32,698 nt of DNA, from the NCBI GenBank assembly GCA_046262595.1, contig JBHEMM010000009.1, positions 19,528-52,225 of the forward strand. The letters run 5' to 3'. The first letter of the stretch is position 1. Every line of letters starts with the position of its first letter. The position numbers and the translations under genes were made by a program. Source of the stretch: Vulcanimicrobiaceae bacterium. Its GTDB lineage: Bacteria; Vulcanimicrobiota; Vulcanimicrobiia; Vulcanimicrobiales; Vulcanimicrobiaceae. Under the pieces are notes generated by a model that saw only the letters and a list, made by a program, of their open reading frames with translations, was not told the DNA's origin and searched no databases. Positions 25,470-32,698 of this stretch are shown in pieces.

Positions 25470-26431
25470 TCGAATATCTGCGCTTCGAGGAATGGATGGC
25501 GTTCGACGCCGCGCATCCGGCTCCGACATTTTTCGCGCGTCCGCCGTGGGCGCTTGCGCTCGCGGACGCCCATGCGTCGATGCAGCCGGCGCCGGTGCGC
25601 ATGACGCTTGAAGCCGGCGAACGCATTATCGTGCCGATGATGCAGATGGCCGGCGGCGCGATCCGTTGGCGAGAATATTGCGCGTTTCCGATGGGCGGCT
25701 ACACCTGTTTCTTGCGCGAAGACGGCTCGCTTGCAACGCCGCTTCAATGTGACGAAGCGCTCTTGCTGTTACGGCGTTCGGCCGACAGCGTTCGGATTGT
25801 GCCGTGGCCGCTGGGCTCCGGTCCTTCCGTTGGCAAGCGCACCGCGCACGAAACAGCGGTCGTGGATTTGGGCGGCGGAATCGATAATGCGCTTGCCGGC
25901 GTCGCCGGCATTTTCCGGCGCATGGCGGGTCAAGCCGAACGGCGCGGCGTCGTCTGCGCGCCCTCGCGCGACCACGGGGCAGTCGATGAATACTACCGCC
26001 TCCTGCAAGCGTCGGCGAAACGCTGGGGCATTGAGCGCCCCTCAATATCGAAGGCGATGCTGCACGCACTAGTGCGTCGCGGCGGCGATGACGTCGAGAT
26101 CTGGTTTGCCCGCGCGCAGGAGCGAAACATCGGCGGCGGTGTGGTCTTTTACGGGTCGCAGGAGTTTTTCTTTTGGAGCGCGGCGATGGACGCAGAATAC
26201 GGAAGGCTGCGCCCGAGCAACGCGCTCAATTTTGCGCTGCTGCGTGCGGCGTCGGCCCGTGGAATGCAGTATTACAATCTTGGTTCCAGCGAAGGATTGC
26301 CCGGCGTGGCGAAGTTCAAAGACAATCTCGGCGCACGCGAGATCGCGTATCACGACCTAACGCTCGTGCGCGCTCCCTACAAAGTTTACAGCAGCGTGCG
26401 GCGTGCGCTCGCGACGCATGCAGGCATATGA
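25466..26431 (+). CDS. GNAT-fold acyltransferase (FemAB/CelD-BcsL-like)
   Basis: RPSNALNFALLR, YYNLGSSEGLPGVAKFKDNLGA C-terminal motif; ATG 25466 overlaps the upstream stop (ATGA). Confidence 0.82.
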   Translation: MIEYLRFEEWMAFDAAHPAPTFFARPPWALALADAHASMQPAPVRMTLEAGERIIVPMMQMAGGAIRWREYCAFPMGGYTCFLREDGSLATPLQCDEALLLLRRSADSVRIVPWPLGSGPSVGKRTAHETAVVDLGGGIDNALAGVAGIFRRMAGQAERRGVVCAPSRDHGAVDEYYRLLQASAKRWGIERPSISKAMLHALVRRGGDDVEIWFARAQERNIGGGVVFYGSQEFFFWSAAMDAEYGRLRPSNALNFALLRAASARGMQYYNLGSSEGLPGVAKFKDNLGAREIAYHDLTLVRAPYKVYSSVRRALATHAGI

Positions 26432-26438
26432 GGCGGAG

Positions 26439-27515
26439 ATGGAAACGCTGATTCACGAAACTTATCGCATCGGCAGGGACAAACAGCAGACTTCAGGGTC
26501 GCAGATGCTGCCCGAGCGCTTTAGCCGGCGCGCCGGCGCGGTTGGAGTAGCGACCGACGCTGCCGTGCTCTTCGTTCTGGCGCTGATTTCTTTGAACGGC
26601 GCCCACGGCAACCGCATTGCGGCTGCAGTGCTTACCGCAGGCGTCATCTGCACGGTATTTTGGCTTTGCGGCTACTACAGAGAGTCGTATGCCGTCTACG
26701 CCCGCGACGAGGTGTATTACGCGTGCGCAGGCGTCATGCTTGCCGCTTTGCCGGTGGCGCTCTTCTTGTGCGCCGTCGGGCGCATTCCCGGCGCATCCGT
26801 CGCTGTGGCTCTGGTGCTTTGCGCGGCCGGTGCAAGCATCGTACACGTGCGCCTGCATCTGGGCCGCCGGGGCGAGCGGCCCGTCGTCTCGGCAGGAACG
26901 CGCTGCATCTCGGCTGCGGCATGGAACGATCGTGAGCAGCCGTCGTACGAGGTTCCGAAGCGCATTTTTGACCTCACGGTGGCGTTCGGCGCGCTCGTCG
27001 TTTTCGCGCCGCTGATGGCGGCTGCTGCGATAACGATTGCTTTGGAGTCGCGCGGACCGGTGTTGTTCCGGCAACAGCGCGTCGGCCGTAACGGCGTACC
27101 CTTTACTATCTTCAAATTCCGCACGATGCGGCCGGATGCGGGAAACGACTGGGCAAAACCGGGCGACGAGCGCATCACGGGCTTCGGAGCTTTCTTAAGG
27201 AGAACGAGCTTTGACGAGCTGCCGCAGCTCTTCAACGTTCTGCGCGGCGAGATGTCGATCGTCGGTCCGCGTCCCGAGATGGTGAGCTTTGCATCGCAGT
27301 TCGGGGGCACGCTGCGGAACTACAGCCACCGCGTGGTCGTGGCGCCCGGCATTACCGGATGGGCGCAGCTGTATCTGCAGCGCAACCTGCAGCCGGACGA
27401 TATGCCCCGCGTACTGCCCTATGATCTGTTTTACGTCGAACACGCATCGGCACTGCTCGATGCAGCGCTGCTCTTCAAGACCGGCGCCGAAGTGCTCTTT
27501 CACCGTGCCGTATAG
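26439..27515 (+). CDS. Priming polyprenyl-phosphate sugar phosphotransferase (Bac_transf, WcaJ/WbaP-like)
   Basis: Four N-terminal TMs; KRIFD, GPVLFRQQRVG, FKFRTM, DELPQLFNVLRGEMSIVGPRPE, PGITGWAQ; GAGGCGGAG before ATG 26439. Confidence 0.92.
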   Translation: METLIHETYRIGRDKQQTSGSQMLPERFSRRAGAVGVATDAAVLFVLALISLNGAHGNRIAAAVLTAGVICTVFWLCGYYRESYAVYARDEVYYACAGVMLAALPVALFLCAVGRIPGASVAVALVLCAAGASIVHVRLHLGRRGERPVVSAGTRCISAAAWNDREQPSYEVPKRIFDLTVAFGALVVFAPLMAAAAITIALESRGPVLFRQQRVGRNGVPFTIFKFRTMRPDAGNDWAKPGDERITGFGAFLRRTSFDELPQLFNVLRGEMSIVGPRPEMVSFASQFGGTLRNYSHRVVVAPGITGWAQLYLQRNLQPDDMPRVLPYDLFYVEHASALLDAALLFKTGAEVLFHRAV

Positions 27516-27584
27516 TACCAGGCGAGCAATTTATGCGCCGTTGCTGCGTTACTAGAACATCCCCGTTTTAATAAAGGAGTAACA

Positions 27585-28427
27585 ATGCAATCAGTTTCTA
27601 AATTACTTACCGCTCTGGGGGCCGTCGCGCTCGCGGCGGGCGCCTGCTGGCCTGCGCCGCCGGCCGTTGCGGCTCCCGTTTTGGCTGAAAGCATGCCACG
27701 GTGCGGAACAAGCCTCACCGGCAAGATCAGCCAGGTGTTTGGACCGACCGAGTTCGCCATGATCGTAGACAACCGGCGGGTTGGCAGCATTCACGTTCGT
27801 GATTCCGGCGCCCGCATCAATGCCCGTGGACTCAGCGTTCGGGCCGGCACCTATGCCGCGGTCTACGGCTGCTTCGGTCCGCAGCAGCGCTACTTCAGTG
27901 CGAACGAAGTCACGCTCGCAACGTCGCGCAGCTCCTACGGGTCAACAGCAATGGCATCGCCTAGCCCCCGCATACAAGTCGGCCCGTGCCAGGTCAGTCT
28001 CTTCGGCACCATCGCGCAAGTCTGGAACAACGGCGTAGAATTTACGCTGCAGACGACCGGCCCCATAGGCAGTATCCACGTCTATGATAACGAAGCAACG
28101 ATGCACTTGAGCGGTCTGAGCATCGCAAACGGTACGTACGCCGGCGTGTACGGCTGCTTTTTGAACCATCAGCAACGCTTCCACGCGAACGAAGTGACGC
28201 TCGCAACCTCGGCTGCCGCATATCCCGGACGCCCGCACGTTGTTGCAACCGGCGTCATCGACGACGTCGCGCGCGGCTGGATCGGCGTACGCACGCGCTA
28301 CTACGGTCACGTTCACGTCCTGACGGCGCAAACAGGATTCAGCCGCGGACAGCGCGTCTCGATCGAAGGCCGTTATAATACGATTACCCGGCAAATCGAT
28401 GCAACCCGCGTAACGGTCATCTCGTAA
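27585..28427 (+). CDS. Secreted protein with repeated OB-fold-like (DUF5666-like) beta domains
   Basis: AAAGGAG RBS at 27573-27579; signal peptide; two repeats C..G.I.QV...EF...GSIHV.D...GLS...GTYA.VYGCF...ANEVTLATS plus a shorter third beta domain. Fold assignment is inferred. Confidence 0.75.
   Translation: MQSVSKLLTALGAVALAAGACWPAPPAVAAPVLAESMPRCGTSLTGKISQVFGPTEFAMIVDNRRVGSIHVRDSGARINARGLSVRAGTYAAVYGCFGPQQRYFSANEVTLATSRSSYGSTAMASPSPRIQVGPCQVSLFGTIAQVWNNGVEFTLQTTGPIGSIHVYDNEATMHLSGLSIANGTYAGVYGCFLNHQQRFHANEVTLATSAAAYPGRPHVVATGVIDDVARGWIGVRTRYYGHVHVLTAQTGFSRGQRVSIEGRYNTITRQIDATRVTVIS
27900..28207 (+). repeat. Intragenic direct repeat marking a domain duplication
   Basis: GCGAACGAAGT(C/G)ACGCTCGCAAC at 27900-27922 and 28185-28207 (22/23 identical, 285 nt apart, in frame). 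Confidence 0.85.
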
Positions 28428-28438
28428 AGACGCACCGA

Positions 28439-29767
28439 GTGCCACGGCCGACGTTCGCGAATAAGGTGATGTATGACGGGCTCTACACGTTCGTCATGCG
28501 TATCCTTAATGTCGGCTGCGCCGCGGGTCTGGGAATTGTGACCGCCCGGTTCCTCGGGCCGTCGGGAAAAGGGCTGTATGCTCTACCCAGCGTCGAGGCG
28601 GGTCTCGTGGCGTCTGCATTCGGCGGTCTCGGCGCGGCGTTGAGCTACTTCATGCTCAACCGCCGCGCCGGTTCGCGCTTGCTTAGGCCCGCGCTTTTCA
28701 CCGCCGCCTTTTTCGTGCTGGTGGGCGGGGTTGCCATCGTGCCGATATCGATGGCCAGCGGACGCAGCTGGGCGGCCATTCCGGCAATTATTTCGCTGCC
28801 CGCTTCGGCAGCGATCAATCTAGCGACGGGATATGCCGTCGGCATCAAACGCATTCGCTACGCGACTACATTAAACGTAGCGGTGACACTCTTCACCTTC
28901 ACGCTCATGGCGGCCGGTTTGATGCTCGTCTCGCGCAACGCGTCGGTTGCGATTGCCGTCTGGATCATCGCAACGTCCGTCGTCGGCGTCATTGCTATCG
29001 TTGCCGTAGTCGTGCATGCGAAGACGCTGAAGGGTGATGAGCCCGTGGGAACTCGCGAGTTCGTCAAATTCAGCGTCAAGGTCGGCATGGTCAATCTTGT
29101 CTCGCTGCTCAATTACCGCGCCGATCTGTACATCATCGCGATTATGACGAGCGCTGCATCGCTCGGGATGTACACGGTCGCCGTCTCTGCCGCCGAAAGC
29201 CTATTGGTTCCAACGCAGGTCGCAGCGCTCGTTACGGCGCCTCATATCGGCTCGCTCGAGAAACAGGAAGCAGCGCGACTTGCAGCTCGGTGCGTGCGGA
29301 ACAATCTGCTGATCGCGTTGCTGGTCTGCGGTGTTCTGTCGCTTTTTGCAGAGCCGCTCGTACGCTTGCTTTACGGGACGGCGTTCTTGCCTGTGGTGAC
29401 CGTGCTCCAAGTGCTGCTCATCGGCGTGTTTGCGCTCTCGTTGGGCAGCCCGATGTCGAGCTACTTCACGCTGAAATTAGGGCGCCCTGAAGTGCCTCTG
29501 CGCTTGGCGGGCCTTTCGGCGGCGATCTGCATCGCGGCTAGCCTTTTCCTCGTGCCGGCAATCGGTATGCTTGGTGCGGCGGTTGGTTCGAGCGTTGCGT
29601 ATATGGCCGGCCAAGCTGCCGCGACGCTGTACTTTTGCCGCACGACCGGCATTCCGGCGCGCGCGGTTTTCTTGCCAACCATTGGTGATTGGAGAACCTA
29701 CGCTTCCTTTGTTCACACGATGCTAGATGACTCCCGGCGTTTGCTTGCCGGACGGCCCGGGCAGTAG
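28439..29767 (+). CDS. wzx: Wzx-type oligosaccharide flippase
   Basis: ARFLGPSGKGLY, about 12 hydrophobic segments, YRADLYII, GMYTVA, LVPAIGMLGAA. Confidence 0.9.
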   Translation: MPRPTFANKVMYDGLYTFVMRILNVGCAAGLGIVTARFLGPSGKGLYALPSVEAGLVASAFGGLGAALSYFMLNRRAGSRLLRPALFTAAFFVLVGGVAIVPISMASGRSWAAIPAIISLPASAAINLATGYAVGIKRIRYATTLNVAVTLFTFTLMAAGLMLVSRNASVAIAVWIIATSVVGVIAIVAVVVHAKTLKGDEPVGTREFVKFSVKVGMVNLVSLLNYRADLYIIAIMTSAASLGMYTVAVSAAESLLVPTQVAALVTAPHIGSLEKQEAARLAARCVRNNLLIALLVCGVLSLFAEPLVRLLYGTAFLPVVTVLQVLLIGVFALSLGSPMSSYFTLKLGRPEVPLRLAGLSAAICIAASLFLVPAIGMLGAAVGSSVAYMAGQAAATLYFCRTTGIPARAVFLPTIGDWRTYASFVHTMLDDSRRLLAGRPGQ

Positions 29768-29772
29768 ACGTT

Positions 29773-31698
29773 ATGTGCGGAATAGCGGGCGCGGTTTGCC
29801 GACAAGCGGACAACACCGCGCTCGATCGCCTTGCATCCGCGGCTCGTCTTTTGCATCACCGCGGCCCGGATGCGGGCGGCTTCATGCAATACGCAAACGG
29901 CTCCGTCACTTTGAGCGAACAGTGGCGCGCGCAAGCCGGAACCACCATTGCTTTCCTGCATCGCAGGCTTTCGATTTTAGACCTTTCACCGGCCGGCTGG
30001 CAGCCGATGCAGAGCCCCGACGGGCGCTTTACGATCACATTCAACGGCGAGATCTATAATTTCATCGAGTTGCGCGCGCAGCTCGAAGGTCTGGGGCGCA
30101 CGTTCCGCACGCAATCCGACACGGAGGTTGTTATTGCGGCTTACGCGCAATGGGGAACCGAGGCGTTCAAGCGCTTCACCGGCATGTTCGCACTCGCGCT
30201 GCTCGATTTGGCAGAGCGCACCGTCATTCTGGCACGTGACCCGTTCGGCATCAAGCCGCTGTACTATACGCGTGAAAACGGCGCGCTGCTTTTTGCTTCG
30301 GAAGTGCCGGCGCTGCTCGAAATTGCGGGCGGCGCGCGCCGCGTGGACGCGGACCGGTTATACCGCTTCCTTAGATATGGCGTTACCGACGGCGGGGGCG
30401 GTACGCTGTTTGCGAACGTTTCCCAGCTCCCCGCCGCCTGCTTTGCGGCCGTACCGCTCGACGCGCCGCTGCGCGTGGAGCCGCAAGCATATTGGCGCCC
30501 GGCTTGCGGCTCGCGCTCCGACATAACGTTCCGCGAGGCGGCGCAAGGGCTACGCGAGCGGTTTTTACGCAGCGTCGATTTGCATCTGCGCAGCGACGTT
30601 CCGGTGGGAACCGCACTTTCCGGCGGCATCGATTCGTCCGCCATCGTTTGCGCTATCCGTGCCGTCCGTCCGAATGCGGACATCCATGCGTTCAGTTACG
30701 TCGCAAAGGACACGCCGTTCGACGAAGAGCGATGGATCGACATGGCCGCGAGCGCCGCAGGTGCGCAGGTGCACAAAGTGTATTCGGACGCCGCAGAACT
30801 GCGGTCCGAGTTGCAGACACTCAGTACGGTGCAGGGCGAACCGTTCGGAAGCACGAGCATTTATGCGCAATACCGCGTTTTTAAAAGCGCCGCCGCGTCG
30901 GGAATAAAGGTTATGCTCGACGGCCAAGGCGCCGACGAAATGCTCGGCGGCTATCGGCAATATCTCGCTGCGCGGCTTGCCTCACTACTTCGACGCGCCG
31001 GCGTCGCGCAAGCGCGCTCGTTCTTCTCGCAGGCATCCGAGCTGCCCGGCGTTTCAAAGTCATATCTGCTGCAAAAGGCCGCCGAGCATTTGCTTCCGCA
31101 AGCGGTGCAGCAGCCGCTGCGTAAACTGGTTGGACGCGAAACCATGCCGGCGTGGATGAACGCGCAATGGTTCCGCGACGCCGGCGTTTCACCCGGACCA
31201 CTCCAAATGCAGCGCGGCGGCCAGATCCTCAAAAACAGTCTGCTGTGCGATCTTCAGGAAACGAGCTTGCCGGCGCTGCTGCGTTACGAAGACCGCAACT
31301 CGATGGCCTTTTCAATCGAAAGCCGCGTGCCGTTCCTGACCACCGAAATCGTGGACTTCGTGCTTGCGCTTCCCGAGCCGTACTTAATAGCGGGTGACGG
31401 CACGACAAAAGCCGTCTTTCGTGAAGCGATGCGCGGCCTGGTGCCGGAGCGGATCTTGGATCGGCGCGACAAGATCGGCTTTTCCACTCCAGAACGGGAT
31501 TGGCTAGGCACGTTGGACGCATGGGTCCGCCCAATGCTCGCCTCGCCTACCGCGCAAGTCCCGCCGCTCAACGGGTCGCAGGTACGCACGCTTTGGGATG
31601 AGACGTTGGGCGGCGGCCTGCACCGTTTCGACTTTCACCTGTGGCGGGCATTCAATCTCATCTATTGGTCGCAGCAATTCGATGTTACGTACGGTTAG
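29773..31698 (+). CDS. asnB: Asparagine synthase (glutamine-hydrolysing) family amidotransferase, probably polysaccharide-modifying
   Basis: MCGIAG, HRGPD, HRRLSILDL, FNGEIYN, SDTEV, RDPFGIKPL, LSGGIDSS, DGQGADE, EDRNSM, ESRVPFL, KIGF. Confidence 0.93.
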   Translation: MCGIAGAVCRQADNTALDRLASAARLLHHRGPDAGGFMQYANGSVTLSEQWRAQAGTTIAFLHRRLSILDLSPAGWQPMQSPDGRFTITFNGEIYNFIELRAQLEGLGRTFRTQSDTEVVIAAYAQWGTEAFKRFTGMFALALLDLAERTVILARDPFGIKPLYYTRENGALLFASEVPALLEIAGGARRVDADRLYRFLRYGVTDGGGGTLFANVSQLPAACFAAVPLDAPLRVEPQAYWRPACGSRSDITFREAAQGLRERFLRSVDLHLRSDVPVGTALSGGIDSSAIVCAIRAVRPNADIHAFSYVAKDTPFDEERWIDMAASAAGAQVHKVYSDAAELRSELQTLSTVQGEPFGSTSIYAQYRVFKSAAASGIKVMLDGQGADEMLGGYRQYLAARLASLLRRAGVAQARSFFSQASELPGVSKSYLLQKAAEHLLPQAVQQPLRKLVGRETMPAWMNAQWFRDAGVSPGPLQMQRGGQILKNSLLCDLQETSLPALLRYEDRNSMAFSIESRVPFLTTEIVDFVLALPEPYLIAGDGTTKAVFREAMRGLVPERILDRRDKIGFSTPERDWLGTLDAWVRPMLASPTAQVPPLNGSQVRTLWDETLGGGLHRFDFHLWRAFNLIYWSQQFDVTYG

Positions 31699-31786
31699 CG
31701 GCGCCGCGGGCTGCCCACCGGGTTCGGGCATGTTGACCCAATTGAAACGGGACAACCTCAACTCGCGCGTCCTGCGGCCGGTTCGT

Positions 31787-31792
31787 TAAGAT
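31787..31792 (+). promoter_or_regulatory. Candidate -10 (TAAGAT) for a leaderless wzy-like transcript
   Basis: TAAGAT lies 7 nt before ATG 31800, with no clear Shine-Dalgarno. Confidence 0.45.
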
Positions 31793-31799
31793 AGCGGGT

Positions 31800-32698
31800 A
31801 TGGTGGCCGAACTTCGCAACCGCAACCGCTCTCTCTGGTACGCAATCCTCGCGGTCAGCGGCCTCGGAGCGTTAGCGGCGTGGTGGAGCGTTCAAATGAG
31901 CGGCACGCGCACCGGCGTCGTTCTGCCCTTGCTGCTCACGCTCGGCCCCGCGCTCGCGTACGCGTCCTTGCTGTCGCCGCTGGCGTTCCCGTTCGGGTTG
32001 TATCTGGCCGCAGCCCCGCTGGACGAAATCCTCACGGTTCCGGCTTTCGGCACGCTCGAACGGCTGATCGGGATCCTCACCGCCGCGGCGCTGCTGTTCT
32101 TCATGCTGCGCACCAAGCGCTTCGTGGATCCTTCCCGGTGGCTGGCGAGCTGGCTGTTGCTATACCTCTGGATGGGCGCTTCGCTGCTCTGGGCGATTGA
32201 CGTGAATCGTTCGCTGGAGATGATCGCGACGGCGCTGCAGCTGCTGGCGCTCTACGTGATCGTCGCCATGTTCCCCGTCACGATGCGGCAACTCAAAGGT
32301 GTGATGGCTGCGGTGATCGCGGGAGGCGTTATAGCGGCATGCTACAGCATGTTTCTTTTTGCGAACGGGATTTCTATCCAAAACCGTCTCGCAATATCCG
32401 CGGAAAACAGCAGCGGCGACCCGAATCATTTCGCTGCAAGCCTGATCGTCCCACTAGCGCTCGCGCTGTACGTAACGCTTTGGAACCGCTCCTGGCTGCT
32501 GCGCATCGCGACGCTCTTCGCCTCGGGTGTCATGCTAAGCGCCATCGTGCTGAGCGGCTCCCGCGGCGCCATGCTGGGAGTCGTCGTGCTTATTGCCTTC
32601 GCCATCGTGAAAGATCCGCACCGGCGCCTGCTGGCCGGCGCCCGGGCAGGAGACGTGCTGGTGCCCGAGCCCGTGTCCGACCTCGTGGTTCACCAGGT
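31800..32698 (+). CDS. Wzy / O-antigen ligase family membrane protein (runs off the window end)
   Basis: Not in the ORF track; translated by hand from ATG 31800 ([17 protein letters not shown]...). Open to the end, many TM segments, with DPNHFAASL and [10 protein letters not shown] motifs typical of Wzy_C proteins. Confidence 0.85.
   Translation, partial: MVAELRNRNRSLWYAILAVSGLGALAAWWSVQMSGTRTGVVLPLLLTLGPALAYASLLSPLAFPFGLYLAAAPLDEILTVPAFGTLERLIGILTAAALLFFMLRTKRFVDPSRWLASWLLLYLWMGASLLWAIDVNRSLEMIATALQLLALYVIVAMFPVTMRQLKGVMAAVIAGGVIAACYSMFLFANGISIQNRLAISAENSSGDPNHFAASLIVPLALALYVTLWNRSWLLRIATLFASGVMLSAIVLSGSRGAMLGVVVLIAFAIVKDPHRRLLAGARAGDVLVPEPVSDLVVHQ

Noticed and set aside
31700..31760. Short hairpin (TGCCC...GGGCA) after asnB
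   Set aside because: Only about 5 bp and no U-tract; within chance expectation.
1..32698. CRISPR arrays, tRNA/rRNA, transposases, integrases, phage or defence genes
   Set aside because: None recognised; nearly all sequence is accounted for by housekeeping and polysaccharide genes with short intergenic gaps.

Overview
GC-rich bacterial genomic DNA with two parts. The mix of a PASTA kinase/PbpA pair with a Wza/Wzc export system suggests a diderm Terrabacteria lineage such as Ca. Eremiobacterota (inference only). (1) Positions 1-19.2 kb, minus strand: a tightly coupled run valS-pyrR-pyrB-pyrC-carA-[BatD-like, moxR, DUF58, vWA, pdxH]-[NDP-sugar epimerase]-carB-hypothetical-pbpA-pknB-ruvC. (2) Positions 19.4-32.7 kb: a divergent Wzx/Wzy-type polysaccharide locus. 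Leftward are wza, wzc and a lone receiver-domain gene. Rightward are a TlpA thioredoxin, a tandem-duplicated GT-B protein, a GNAT/FemAB-like protein, a priming sugar transferase, a secreted Cys-pair repeat protein, wzx, an asnB-like amidotransferase and a wzy/O-antigen ligase-like gene. Most notable: an uncharacterised protein coupled to pbpA-pknB with a half-LIM-like C-x2-C-x16-C-x2-D zinc finger; apparent CTG start codons at stop-overlapping junctions (pknB, vWA); carB broken by a ~44-nt deletion; a MoxR/vWA module splitting carA from carB; a PyrR lacking key RNA-binding residues; a REP-like inverted-repeat doublet upstream of valS. No CRISPR array, rRNA, tRNA or intact mobile element was seen.
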